Source: Spirochaetia bacterium
GTDB taxonomy: Bacteria > Spirochaetota > Spirochaetia > SZUA-6 > Bin103
DNA length: 64,000 nucleotides
Direction: 5' to 3'
Assembly (NCBI GenBank): GCA_965203515.1
Contig: OZ241907.1
Location: 3,520,001-3,584,000, forward strand
A model generated the notes under the pieces. It did not search any database, was not told the DNA's origin, and saw only the letters and a list, made by a program, of their open reading frames with translations. Position numbers and translations under genes: made by a program. Shown here piece by piece: positions 29,196-39,187 of this stretch. Position 1 is the stretch's first letter. The number at the start of each line of letters is the position of its first letter.

Positions 29196-30659
29196 TTACC
29201 CGGCGATCGCGGCCAGCGCCTGCGCGGAATCGACCGACAGGTCGATCGCCAGCGCCAGATAGGCGCGTCCCAGCGCGTGGACGGCCGCCCGCGCGGCGTC
29301 CTCGGCTTCCTGCAACGGCAGCGCCGCATCGGCCAGCGCCGCGTCGCTGATCGCTCCGGCGGCGTGCCGGCGCGCCGCCTGCTCGGCCTGCAGGGCGGCG
29401 CGCTCGCGGCGCAGCACGGCCAACTCGTCGGCGGCGATCGCCCGCCGCAAGTCGAGCCGGGTCCGTTCCAGGCCGCTCTGAGCCGTGTTCCGCGCCGTGC
29501 GCAACGACCGACGCGCCGCGTCGACCTGCTCCTCCGCCTGTTGGACCGCGACCTCCCGCCGGCCGCTGTCGTACAGCGTATAGCTGCCGGTCAGCGAAAG
29601 GCTCAGCCGCCCCAGGCCGGGCGCGCCCCGGCTCTTGGTGTAGTCCAGGCTCACGGCAAGCGCCGGCAGCCATCCGCGCCGCGCCTGCTCCAACCGCAGC
29701 TCCGCGGCGGCCAGTTGCGCCTGCGCCTCCAGCACCGCCAGGAAGTCATCGGCGCCGGCGGTCGCCGCCGGCGCGTCCAGCAACGCCAGCGCCGCACGGC
29801 GTAGCGCGTCCGCGTCGACCGCCGGCGCGACCAGCGCCGTCTGCGGCAGCTCCAGATCGGCGAAGAACGCCGCCCCGTCCAGGGCCAGCGCCGCGCGCGC
29901 GTCGGCGACGGCGTTGCGCCGTTCGACCGCGGCGATGCGGGCGTTCAGCAGGTCGATCGGGTCCGCGGCCCCCTGGTCGGCGAGCGACCGGGTGTTGGCC
30001 AGCTCTCGCTCCGCGGCGGCCAGCCGTTCCTGTGATACGGCCAGCGCGGCGGTCCGTTCGATCAGGCTCAGAAAGGTCCGGGCGACCTGCTGCGTCACGT
30101 CGCTCCGCGCGCGCAACAGACGGAGCTGCGCCAGGCGCAGGTCGTCGCGGCGGCCGGCAAGGGCCGCCGCGGCCGGCGCCAGCGGTCCGGCCGGCAGCAG
30201 GTCCTGCGAGATCGACAGGCTCTGGGCGTCCGTGTAGCGCTCCTCCGCGGTGGACCCGAAATCGTCCAGATCGTCCAGTTCGACGCCGGCGGTATAGGAG
30301 CCGGCGATCGTCATGCCCCACGGCAGATCGACCTGGGCCGATACCGTGGCGCTCGTATCGGCGTCGAAGGTATCGACCACGTCGCTGAACTCGCCGTCTT
30401 CCCACGGCGCCAGGTGCACCGACCCGGATGCCGGCGTGGCGCGCAACGACACGGTCACGTCGCCGTGGTCGATCTCCGCCATGCGCAAGGCGAGCGCCGC
30501 GGACTGCACGGCCGCCTGCGCCTGCACCACCGACGGATGCGAGGCGAGCGCGGCGTCGATCGCCCGTGCCAGACCGATCCCTTCCTGAGCCGCGGCCGGC
30601 AGCGCCGTGATCGCCAGGGCAGCCAGCGCCGGCGCCAGCAGCCGGAGGCGTACGCTCAC
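29196..30659 (-). CDS. TolC family outer-membrane efflux protein
   Basis: GTG overlaps the upstream stop; signal peptide; long amphipathic helices; LPALAVSLDY..YTLYDSG. Confidence 0.7.
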   Translation of the reverse strand: MSVRLRLLAPALAALAITALPAAAQEGIGLARAIDAALASHPSVVQAQAAVQSAALALRMAEIDHGDVTVSLRATPASGSVHLAPWEDGEFSDVVDTFDADTSATVSAQVDLPWGMTIAGSYTAGVELDDLDDFGSTAEERYTDAQSLSISQDLLPAGPLAPAAAALAGRRDDLRLAQLRLLRARSDVTQQVARTFLSLIERTAALAVSQERLAAAERELANTRSLADQGAADPIDLLNARIAAVERRNAVADARAALALDGAAFFADLELPQTALVAPAVDADALRRAALALLDAPAATAGADDFLAVLEAQAQLAAAELRLEQARRGWLPALAVSLDYTKSRGAPGLGRLSLSLTGSYTLYDSGRREVAVQQAEEQVDAARRSLRTARNTAQSGLERTRLDLRRAIAADELAVLRRERAALQAEQAARRHAAGAISDAALADAALPLQEAEDAARAAVHALGRAYLALAIDLSVDSAQALAAIAG

Positions 30660-31717
30660 CGAGCCTCCCAGATCGCCAGGACGTCGGTCCCGGCCGCGTC
30701 GTGCAATCGGATCCACGCGAAGTAGGCGGACCAGCGCGCCGCGCGCAGCGAATTGTGCGCGTCTACCAGGTCGGCCTGCGAAGAGGCGAGCTGCGATTCG
30801 GTGAGCAGGCCGGCGTCGAACTGCTCGCGGGTGCGGCGGGTGTTCTCCTGCTGCAGCTCGAGCTGCAGCTCGCGCAGCGTCACCGTCCCGAACGCCTGTC
30901 CGGCGTTGGCGTACGCGCTGGCGGTGGCGCGCTGCAGGTCGGACGCGGTCGTCGCCACGTTGGCGCGGCTGCTGGCCACGGTGTTGGTAGCGGTCTGCAG
31001 GTCGAGGCTGGAGGTGCTCTGCATCGACTTCAGCTGCAGGTCGAGCTCGTCGATCTCGAGCTGCCGGGCCGCATGGTCGTGCTCCGGCCGCCCTGCGGTG
31101 GTCGCCAGATAGAAGTCGAGGGCGCCCAGCTCGGGCGTCTCCGGCGGCTGCGAGACGAGCTCCGCCGCGTCGAGTACGGCGGTGCCGATGCCGGTCGTCG
31201 CCGCGAAGTTGGGCAGCGTGGTGAACTGGCGCCGGTTGCTCGCGCCGGTCAGGTTCAGCTCGGCGCTGAGCGCCGCCACGCGCGCCTGCAGCTCGGTGAC
31301 CGGACTGGCGGCGCCGATGCTCACCCGCTCGGACGACTGTTGCAGGTCGATCTGCGCCAGGCGCAGGCGCTCTTCCAGCATGCTCACGTTCTCGTTCTCC
31401 TGTTGCAGGCCGACGTACGCCTCCGCGATCGACAGCAGCTCGCGTACCGTACCTTGACGATAGTTGAGTTGCGCGCGTTCCCACTGCAGCGCCGCACTCA
31501 TCCGATCGATGCGCGCGTCCGATCCGGCCAGGGATCGGGTGTGAGCGACGCGCGCGTTATCCCGTTGCAGCGCCAGCGACTGCAGCGTGGGATTGGCCGT
31601 CTGGGCGGTCTCGAGCGCGTGGATGGTGGTGAGGTCCGCCGGCTCCTGAGCGGCGGCGGGCAGCGCGAGCGCCGCCAGCAGGGCGATGAGGACCGGTAGC
31701 AGGGTGCGAGTGTTCAT
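30656..31717 (-). CDS. TolC family protein
   Basis: GGAGG RBS, signal peptide, helical repeats (ERVSIGAAS, EQFDAGLLT). Confidence 0.7.
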   Translation of the reverse strand: MNTRTLLPVLIALLAALALPAAAQEPADLTTIHALETAQTANPTLQSLALQRDNARVAHTRSLAGSDARIDRMSAALQWERAQLNYRQGTVRELLSIAEAYVGLQQENENVSMLEERLRLAQIDLQQSSERVSIGAASPVTELQARVAALSAELNLTGASNRRQFTTLPNFAATTGIGTAVLDAAELVSQPPETPELGALDFYLATTAGRPEHDHAARQLEIDELDLQLKSMQSTSSLDLQTATNTVASSRANVATTASDLQRATASAYANAGQAFGTVTLRELQLELQQENTRRTREQFDAGLLTESQLASSQADLVDAHNSLRAARWSAYFAWIRLHDAAGTDVLAIWEAR

Positions 31718-33189
31718 GTTTCCTCCAACAAAGGTCGTCCGCGGTGGCCTTGTCCACGTCCCGCGGCCGGGGTCGAGGCGAGATCAGCCGCTTCGTCCAT
31801 TATACGGCTTTGCTCGGCGCCGTCCGAAGTGGGGCGGGCCGCAATCAGGCGGGCCGGGATCGTGAGCACGAACGTCGTGCCCGGAGCGGCGCTCCGGTCG
31901 ACGTCGAGGCTCCATCCGTGCGCGTCGGTGATGCTCCGGGCGATCGACAGCCCCAGCCCGAAGCCGGACGAGGTGCCGGAGCCGCGGTAGAACGGATCGA
32001 ACAGATGGGGCAGGTCCTCGGCGGCGACGCCGGGACCGGCATCGGCGATGCGTACCTGCAGGTCGCCGTCGCCGGCGACCGATGCGGTAACGGTCACGGC
32101 GCCGCCCTCGGGCGTGAAGCGCAGCGCGTTGTCCAGGATGTTCTCGTACACGCGGGACATGAGCGGGCCGTCGATGGCCGCGGTCAGCCGCTCCGGGATG
32201 CGCAGGTCGTGCCGCAGCCGGCGCTTCAGAACCGCAGCGTCGCCCGCCATGCCGGCGCACAGCTCGCGATGGAACGCGGCAAGGCCGGTCGGCGCCGGCT
32301 CGATGCTCCAGTGGCTGGACGACAGCCGCACGTACTCGATCAGCTCGGAGACCCGCGCGCCGAGCAGATCGGCCTTTTCCGCGATGATCGCCAGATACCG
32401 GTCGCGGGTCTCGCGGTCTTCGGCCAAGCCGTCGGCTATCGCCTCCAGGTAGCCCTTGATCGCGGTGAGCGGCGTCTTCACGTCGTGCGACACCGCCGCC
32501 AGCAGCCGCGATCGCCGTTCGGCCTCGTCCTTGAGGGCGCCGCGCATGGCGTCGAACGACCGCGCCAGCGACGCCAGCTCGGAGTTGCCGCGCGCCGGGA
32601 GCTCGAAGTCGAGGTCGCCGCCGGCAACCCGGCGCGTGGCCCGCTGCAGGCGGGTCACCGACCGGTTGACCGCGGCGGCGATGATCCACGCCACCGCGGC
32701 GGCGACGATCGCCAGCGGCAGGAAGATCGTCAGGCCGTTGCGGAGCATCCAGCTCAGGCGCGGCCGCGCCAGCAGGGCGACCGAGCGGATCGGCATGCTG
32801 AGCAGAAAGGTCCCGGCCAGCTCGCCGTCCCGGAACAGCGGTTCCAGCATGGTGCGCGTGTCGGCGCGCTCCCGGGAGGCGCGCAGCAGCTCGTTCGGAT
32901 CCACCGCGGTCCCGGCCGGATAGCGGGGCAGGCTGGAGAACAGCACCCGGTTGTCGGTGTCCAGCACGGTCAGGCGGACCCCGTCGGGCAGCTCGATGGT
33001 CGGTTGGTCGCCGGCCAGGTAGCGCGGCAACTCCTCCCGTATCCAGCGCATCGCCGGCGGAAAGTCGCGCTGCGCCACGTCCGCGCTCTGCCGCAGGACG
33101 GAGTGGGCGCCGGCGTAGATGGCGGCGACCAGCACCGGCGACAGGGCGACCGCCGCCGCCAGCAGCACGAGCTGGGTGCGCAGCCTCAC
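31714..33189 (-). CDS. HAMP-domain sensor histidine kinase
   Basis: Two TM segments, HAMP, SHDVKTPLT, NILDNALRF, DAGPG, GFGLGL. Confidence 0.92.
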   Translation of the reverse strand: MRLRTQLVLLAAAVALSPVLVAAIYAGAHSVLRQSADVAQRDFPPAMRWIREELPRYLAGDQPTIELPDGVRLTVLDTDNRVLFSSLPRYPAGTAVDPNELLRASRERADTRTMLEPLFRDGELAGTFLLSMPIRSVALLARPRLSWMLRNGLTIFLPLAIVAAAVAWIIAAAVNRSVTRLQRATRRVAGGDLDFELPARGNSELASLARSFDAMRGALKDEAERRSRLLAAVSHDVKTPLTAIKGYLEAIADGLAEDRETRDRYLAIIAEKADLLGARVSELIEYVRLSSSHWSIEPAPTGLAAFHRELCAGMAGDAAVLKRRLRHDLRIPERLTAAIDGPLMSRVYENILDNALRFTPEGGAVTVTASVAGDGDLQVRIADAGPGVAAEDLPHLFDPFYRGSGTSSGFGLGLSIARSITDAHGWSLDVDRSAAPGTTFVLTIPARLIAARPTSDGAEQSRIMDEAADLASTPAAGRGQGHRGRPLLEET

Positions 33190-33878
33190 GAGGACTCTTC
33201 CGGGTCCGGCTCGAACCGGTAGCCGACGCCGCGCACGGTCTGTACCCGGCGGGCGCCCTGGGCGCCGAGCTTCTTGCGGATGCGCTGCACGTGCACGGTC
33301 ACCGTGGACAGGTCGCCGAAGCGGTTGCCCCACACCCGATCGTAGAGCTGCTCGGCGGTGAACACCTGCCGCGGCGCGGCGGCCAGCATGGCCAGCAGCT
33401 CGAACTCCTTGCGCGCCAGGTTGAGGGGGCGGCCGTCGAGGGTGGCGAGGTACGCGTCGCGGTCGATCGACAGCGGCCCGTAGCGCAGGGCGGGCTCGGC
33501 CGGCTCGACCGACGCCCGCCGGCGGCGCAGGTGGGCGCGGACGCGGGCGGTGAGCACCTTGGGAGAGAACGGCTTGGTGACGTAGTCGTCGGCGCCGCCG
33601 CCGAAGGCGAAGATGCTGTCCTCCTCCGCGTCGCGGGCGGTCAGGACCAGCACCGGCAGGTCGTGCCGCCGGCGCAGGTCGGCGAGCAGCTCGAAGCCAT
33701 CTCTGCCGGGCAGATTGAGGTCGAGCAGCATCAGATCGAAATCGGCGCGCTCGATGGCCGGCAGCGCCTGTTCGGCGGAGTCCGTCACGGTGACGTCGAC
33801 CCCCTCCTTCTCCAGGTAGACGCGCAGCAGATCGCTGATGGCGCGATCATCTTCCACGACCAGTACCTTACCCTGCAC
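33186..33878 (-). CDS. OmpR-family response regulator
   Basis: VLVVEDD, LLDLNLPGRDG, DYVTKPF, TVRGVGYRF. Confidence 0.93.
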   Translation of the reverse strand: MQGKVLVVEDDRAISDLLRVYLEKEGVDVTVTDSAEQALPAIERADFDLMLLDLNLPGRDGFELLADLRRRHDLPVLVLTARDAEEDSIFAFGGGADDYVTKPFSPKVLTARVRAHLRRRRASVEPAEPALRYGPLSIDRDAYLATLDGRPLNLARKEFELLAMLAAAPRQVFTAEQLYDRVWGNRFGDLSTVTVHVQRIRKKLGAQGARRVQTVRGVGYRFEPDPEESS

Positions 33879-34026
33879 CGTTGCGGTTCCTCGTACGTGA
33901 GGTGCAGTGTAGCGCCGGCGATGAACCGCAGGTAAACAGGCGCTGAAAGTGTGCGGAACCCGCGCGGCCCGGATCGGGGTGACGGGGGCAGGTTCCCGAT
34001 GGTACCGTGGAGGCCGAGGCATCCCG

Positions 34027-34293
34027 GTGAACCGACCCGTCCGTACCGCGCTCCACGCCGCCTGGGTGCTGGCCCTGCCGGTGCTTCTGATCGGCGTCTT
34101 CGCCGGCGGCTTCGTGGCGCTGGCGGAGATCGAGGAATGGGACGGCGAACGCATGCTCACGGTCTACGGCTCGCCGATCACCCCGCTGTTCGTGGGCGCC
34201 AGCGCCGGCCCGGTGCTGCTGCTGGCCTACCTCGCCTACTGGCTGGTCCGCTACCTGTCGGCTCCCCGCAAGCGGCCGCGGCGCCGGCGCTGA
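34027..34293 (+). CDS. Small two-TM membrane protein
   Basis: GTG 34027; two hydrophobic stretches; basic tail. Confidence 0.6.
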   Translation: MNRPVRTALHAAWVLALPVLLIGVFAGGFVALAEIEEWDGERMLTVYGSPITPLFVGASAGPVLLLAYLAYWLVRYLSAPRKRPRRRR

Positions 34294-34547
34294 CCGCGGG
34301 CCGATCGCCGTCGGTGGGTCCAGGGTCGATCTGCCGGCCGGCGAATCGTGCCCCATACGGGTGACGTGCGAACGTCGATGCGCCCGGCCGCCAGCGGAAA
34401 GTGCAGGTCGGTCTGCACCGGCACGATGACGCCACGCAGCGCGGCGCGATAGGCCCGGGCCACGACGACGATACTCGGCGTCAGGCCGCCGGCCGGTCAA
34501 GCGCACAGACGCCGCAGCCAGTGCCAGCGTTACCAGACGCTGGATTC

Positions 34548-34576
34548 TTGACGTCGGTCACAAGGCCATGTATGGT
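34548..34576 (+). promoter_or_regulatory. Putative MTase promoter
   Basis: TTGACG-17-TATGGT. Confidence 0.5.
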
Positions 34577-34675
34577 ACTCATGTCGCATAGATGACGCCA
34601 TGTTTCAGACAGGCTCCGGTCGAATAGTGTTTACCGAACATCAAAGCACCTCCTCAGCGGTAAAGTGACGCATCG

Positions 34676-36319
34676 GTGAATTGCAAGGAACTTCAGACCG
34701 ACCAGAAGCTGCGTGGCGGGTACTACACTCCTGACGACCTTGCCGAGTTCATGGTCCGTTGGGTACGCGGAATCGGTCCCGGTTCGATCCTGGAACCCAG
34801 TTGCGGGGACGGTGTCTTCCTCGACAAGATCGCGACGCATCTCGGGGATTCCGCCGTGATGGCGTTTGAGATCGATCGCCATGAAGCGATGAAGTCGATG
34901 CGCCGGGTGGCGTCGTCCGCCTTGACGCGTGTTACCGTTCGGAGTGAGGACTTTCTCGGCTGGGCAGGCAACGTCCTGCGAGACCGAGATATTGGATTCG
35001 ACGCCGTACTGGGAAATCCGCCGTTCATCCGATACCAGTATCTCCCGACGGTCTTTCAGCGGCGCGCCCAACATATATTCGAAGAGTTGGGCTGTAAGTT
35101 CACCAAGCACACGAATGCCTGGGTGCCGTTCGTCCTCGGCTCGTTTTCCCTGTTGCGTCCGGGTGGTCGCCTTGCGATGGTGGTGCCGACCGAGATCCTT
35201 CACGTGACGCACGCTCGATCGTTAAGGCGGTATCTGGCATCGAACTGCCAGCGAGTTGTCATCGTCGACCCTGCGGAGCTTTGGTTTCCGGAGACACTCC
35301 AGGGCGCCGTACTGCTACTGGCACAGAAGCGGCGTGGCCCGTGGGACCATGCAGAAGGCATCGGCATACACTCCGTACGCGGACGCGAATTCGTTGACAG
35401 TGATCCGGAAGCGGTGTTCGGCGCGCCGACCTGTATCGATGGGCCTGCCATGCAAGCCAAGTGGACCAGAGCTTTGCTGCCTTCGTACATACGAACACTT
35501 CTCGACGGCATCGTCGAGAACGGGCACGTAAGACGTTTTGATGATGTCGCGGAGGTCGATGTAGGGATCGTCACCGGCGCGAACAGCTTTTTCCTCGTTT
35601 CGGATGAAACGGTCCACGAATATGGCTTGAAGCCATGGGCGCATCCCATGTTCGGCCGCAGCGAGCACTGTCCCGGAGTGATATACGACTGGAATCAACA
35701 CGTCGCGAATGCGGCTCGGGGCAGCCCGACCAATTTCGTGTGGTTTCAGGATTCCAGCGTCGAAGACAACGCTGGCGGCCGGGCGTACATACGACGTGGT
35801 GAGCAGAGACGATATCACGTGCGGTACAAGTGTCGCATCCGCGAGCCCTGGTACGCCGTGCCTTCGGTCTACGCCACGGATGTGGGTATGCTGAAACGTT
35901 CGCATGATACGCCCCGTTTGATTCTCAATGAACTGCGCGCCTACACTACAGATACGGCATATCGAGTGCGAATCAGAAACGGCTCCGCCGGTCGGTTCGT
36001 CTTCAATTTCATGAATGCGCTTACGGCGCTGAGCGCCGAGTTGGAGGGTCGTCACTACGGAGGCGGCGTCCTCGAGTTGGTGCCCTCGGAGATCGAAAAC
36101 TTGCTGCTTCCGGTTCCGAAAGAAGTCGAGGTCGACATCCGGGATCTCGATAACGCTGTCCGTACATTATCGGCGGAGTCGGTCCTCGAACGGCAGTCAC
36201 GGATCGTTCTTGGCGCTATCGGAATACCTGCCAATGCCCAAGAAGACCTGCTCGGTGCATGGAAGAAACTGCGGGACCGCCGACAGCGAATCCGTTCCCT
36301 GTCGGCGTCTGGAGCGTGA
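34676..36319 (+). CDS. Type II N6-adenine DNA methyltransferase (gamma class)
   Basis: GGYYTP, LEPSCGDG, GNPPFIRYQ, YGGGVLEL. Confidence 0.9.
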   Translation: MNCKELQTDQKLRGGYYTPDDLAEFMVRWVRGIGPGSILEPSCGDGVFLDKIATHLGDSAVMAFEIDRHEAMKSMRRVASSALTRVTVRSEDFLGWAGNVLRDRDIGFDAVLGNPPFIRYQYLPTVFQRRAQHIFEELGCKFTKHTNAWVPFVLGSFSLLRPGGRLAMVVPTEILHVTHARSLRRYLASNCQRVVIVDPAELWFPETLQGAVLLLAQKRRGPWDHAEGIGIHSVRGREFVDSDPEAVFGAPTCIDGPAMQAKWTRALLPSYIRTLLDGIVENGHVRRFDDVAEVDVGIVTGANSFFLVSDETVHEYGLKPWAHPMFGRSEHCPGVIYDWNQHVANAARGSPTNFVWFQDSSVEDNAGGRAYIRRGEQRRYHVRYKCRIREPWYAVPSVYATDVGMLKRSHDTPRLILNELRAYTTDTAYRVRIRNGSAGRFVFNFMNALTALSAELEGRHYGGGVLELVPSEIENLLLPVPKEVEVDIRDLDNAVRTLSAESVLERQSRIVLGAIGIPANAQEDLLGAWKKLRDRRQRIRSLSASGA

Positions 36320-36325
36320 CCGGAC

Positions 36326-37462
36326 CTATTCGATTTCGAGGATAAATCCCTCTCCGGACTTGTACAGATAAATCGTTCGGTGCAGCAGATCCGTACGGGC
36401 AACGAGCGGGCGTGCGTCACCCCAGTGCAGCTGAGTCATACTGTTTCGCTGGCGGTACGCTTTTGAGTCGGTCCGCGTATTGTGGGACACGCGCAGTTCG
36501 AAGCGCCCGTAATCGATGCCGGCAATGACGATGTCGAATCGAGCGATGGTTCGTTCGTAGTAGGGGGTACGAGGGTCGGTCCGCCAATCGAGCAGTCCGA
36601 ACACTTCGTCGCGAAAATAGTGTCTTTGGTCGATATCTTCCATGGCCCCCTTGGTGAAGAGCATCGAACCGGTCGGATTGGTCGTCGTGCCGACAGGTAT
36701 CGTAAGCGCTCGTCGAGTGAGCGGCCCGCTTTGCCAGACGAGCGTCGGCCTCATGCGCGATGCAGCCGGGATAGACTTCGACGGCCGATGAGCGGAAGGC
36801 TTCCGGACAGGGAGGGGTACATACCTGGTATTCAGCGGCATCACGCCTGGTACGTCCATTTGCCGATCTCGTGAGTAGCCCGCGGAAGGGGGAGCAACCG
36901 TTACGGACTCATCGACCACGCGCCCGGAATCGAGGAGTCGTTGAATCGTTCGATCGTCGGTAATCGGGAAGACATGATCCGGGAACGTTGGTATCATGCC
37001 GTAGAGGTTGGTTTCGAGATCGGTGACCATCACTGCGTTGTCGGGGTGATTCAGCGACAATGTCAAGCAAAGACCGGCTTCTATGTTCGAAGCCAGTCCG
37101 GCTCGCGTGAGGTTGGCGCTACCGATGATGACCCGGGCTTCTTCGGCGTTTCTGGAAGCGTATATCTTCGGATGAAACAGGATCGATCGGGAACCCGTGT
37201 CGACGACGTAGATCGAGCACCCGAGGCGCAGGAGTTCGGTGAGACCTTGTGCGGAAGTGATTCCATTGCGTATGCCCACAAAGACGGTGGTGTTGGCGGC
37301 GGCGGTTGCGATGGCGTGACCGACGGCGGACAGACCGCCCGCATTCAAGAAGGCGACTCCGATGGTGATCCGCTCCGGATTGGGGATGGCGAGCACGCGC
37401 TTGACGGCGTTCTCATGGTTGGCGTAGGTGATGCCTTGAAGGATCACGGTGGCCGTGGACAT
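36326..37462 (-). CDS. PLD-family (BfiI/NgoFVII-like) restriction endonuclease
   Basis: FHPKIY..GSANLT..NIE (HxK motif) plus a separate C-terminal domain; convergent with the MTase. Confidence 0.82.
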   Translation of the reverse strand: MSTATVILQGITYANHENAVKRVLAIPNPERITIGVAFLNAGGLSAVGHAIATAAANTTVFVGIRNGITSAQGLTELLRLGCSIYVVDTGSRSILFHPKIYASRNAEEARVIIGSANLTRAGLASNIEAGLCLTLSLNHPDNAVMVTDLETNLYGMIPTFPDHVFPITDDRTIQRLLDSGRVVDESVTVAPPSAGYSRDRQMDVPGVMPLNTRYVPLPVRKPSAHRPSKSIPAASRMRPTLVWQSGPLTRRALTIPVGTTTNPTGSMLFTKGAMEDIDQRHYFRDEVFGLLDWRTDPRTPYYERTIARFDIVIAGIDYGRFELRVSHNTRTDSKAYRQRNSMTQLHWGDARPLVARTDLLHRTIYLYKSGEGFILEIE

Positions 37463-37621
37463 AGTGGTCTCCAGACAGGATCATGACATGTCGGTGATGC
37501 GGCTGCGATGTAGCGATTGGGCAGTCGATCGGACACGGAAGATGGCGCCATGGCTAGCCGTTGGCTTTCGACCGGCGCGGTCTTCTCGCGCCGGCGGGGA
37601 ACCGGGTAGGCTGACGGCGGC

Positions 37622-39055
37622 ATGAGCAGCCCGGACACGCAGCCGGCCGTCGAACCGAGCTTCAACGACGGGCTTTCCATGACCGTCGACCGCGCGCTGC
37701 GGCACCTGGAGCTGCCGTCGGGACTGGCGGGGCAGATCAAGGCGTGCGACTCGGTGCTGCAACTCCACTTTCCGGTGCGGCTGGACGACGGCGTGTACCA
37801 CATCTTCCGCGGCTGGCGCGCCACGCACAGTTCGCATCTGCTGCCGGCCAAGGGCGGCATCCGCTACGCCGTCTGCGTCGACCAGGACGAGGTGGAGGCG
37901 CTGGCGGCGCTGATGACCTACAAGTGCGCGCTGGTCGACGTCCCGTTCGGCGGTTCCAAGGGCGGCGTGCGGCTGGAGCCGGGCCGCCACTCCGAGCGGG
38001 AGCTGGAGGCGATCACCCGCCGCTTTGCCCGCGAGCTGATCGCGCGCGGCTACCTCAGCCCCGGCGGCAACGTGCCGGCGCCCGACATGGGCACCGGCGC
38101 CCGCGAGATGGGCTGGATCGCCGACGTCTACCGGACGCTGCGCCCGGAAGAGATCAACGCGCTGGCCTGCGTGACCGGCAAGCCGGTCACCTCCGGCGGC
38201 ATCCCGGGCCGGATCGAGGCGACCGGACGCGGCGTGCAGTTCGCGGTGCGCGAGCTGTTCCGCCGCCCGGAGGACATGGCGCTCGCCGGCCTGGACGGCG
38301 AGCTGGCCGGCAAGCGGATCGTGGTGCAAGGGCTCGGCAACGTCGGCTTCCACCTGGCCAAGTACCTCTCCGAGGAAGACGGCGCGCTGATCGTCGGCGT
38401 GATGACGCGCGAAGGCGTGGTCCTGAACGACCGCGGCATCGCGATCGCCGAGCTGCGCGACCATCTGGACCGCTACGGCGGCGTCGATCGGTTTCCCGGC
38501 GGGAGGACGGACGTGGCGGCGGACGCGTTTCTGGCCACCCCGTGCGACCTGCTGATCCCGGCCGCGATCGAGGGCCAGATACATCGCGGCAACGCCGCCT
38601 CGATCCGCACCCGGCTGGTGGTGGAGGCGGCCAACGGTCCGGTCACCTTCGGGGGAGACGAGATTCTGCGTCGGCGCGGCATACCGGTGCTGCCGGACCT
38701 GTACGTGAACGCGGGCGGCGTGACCGTCTCCTACTTCGAGTGGATCAAGAACCTGTCGCACATCCGCTTCGGCCGGCTGGACCGCCGCCTGGACGAGGGG
38801 CGCGGCGCGCGCATCGTCAGCGCCCTGGAGCAGATGACCGGCCGTTCCGCCGACGCGGCGCTGCGCGCCGAGTTGATCACCGGCGCCGACGAGCTTGCGC
38901 TGGTGCGATCGGGCCTGGACGACACCATGCGGCAGGCATATGACGAGATCAGCGAGACGTTCCACCGGAACGACCGGATCGACGACTACCGCACGGCCGC
39001 GTTCGTGGTGGCGCTGGGCAAGATCGCCAATACCTACCTCGACCTGGGCGTGTAA
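37622..39055 (+). CDS. gdhA: Glu/Leu/Phe/Val dehydrogenase
   Basis: KGGIRY, MTYKCA, FGGSKGG, PAPDMGT, QGLGNVG, EAANGP, NAGGVTVSYFEW. Confidence 0.93.
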   Translation: MSSPDTQPAVEPSFNDGLSMTVDRALRHLELPSGLAGQIKACDSVLQLHFPVRLDDGVYHIFRGWRATHSSHLLPAKGGIRYAVCVDQDEVEALAALMTYKCALVDVPFGGSKGGVRLEPGRHSERELEAITRRFARELIARGYLSPGGNVPAPDMGTGAREMGWIADVYRTLRPEEINALACVTGKPVTSGGIPGRIEATGRGVQFAVRELFRRPEDMALAGLDGELAGKRIVVQGLGNVGFHLAKYLSEEDGALIVGVMTREGVVLNDRGIAIAELRDHLDRYGGVDRFPGGRTDVAADAFLATPCDLLIPAAIEGQIHRGNAASIRTRLVVEAANGPVTFGGDEILRRRGIPVLPDLYVNAGGVTVSYFEWIKNLSHIRFGRLDRRLDEGRGARIVSALEQMTGRSADAALRAELITGADELALVRSGLDDTMRQAYDEISETFHRNDRIDDYRTAAFVVALGKIANTYLDLGV

Positions 39056-39070
39056 GGCCGGCCCGGCCGA

Positions 39071-39134
39071 GCGCCGGTCATGGAGCTGCGCCGGAACGAG
39101 AAGACGCGCACGATGCCGGCTCCCAGCTCGCCGG
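39071..39134. repeat. 64-bp copy of an internal segment of the isomerase gene
   Basis: 62/64 identical to 42214-42277 by manual alignment. Confidence 0.85.
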
Positions 39135-39187
39135 TCGCACGCTGCCGCGGTCGGCCCTGATTCGTGTGTGTGTTGGGGGTAGCATCG

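Noticed and set aside
34330..34470. Possible remnant of an alpha/beta-hydrolase C-terminus (VIVPVQTDLHFP..SPVWG, minus strand) beside the RM pair
   Set aside because: Too short and degenerate to support without a database search.
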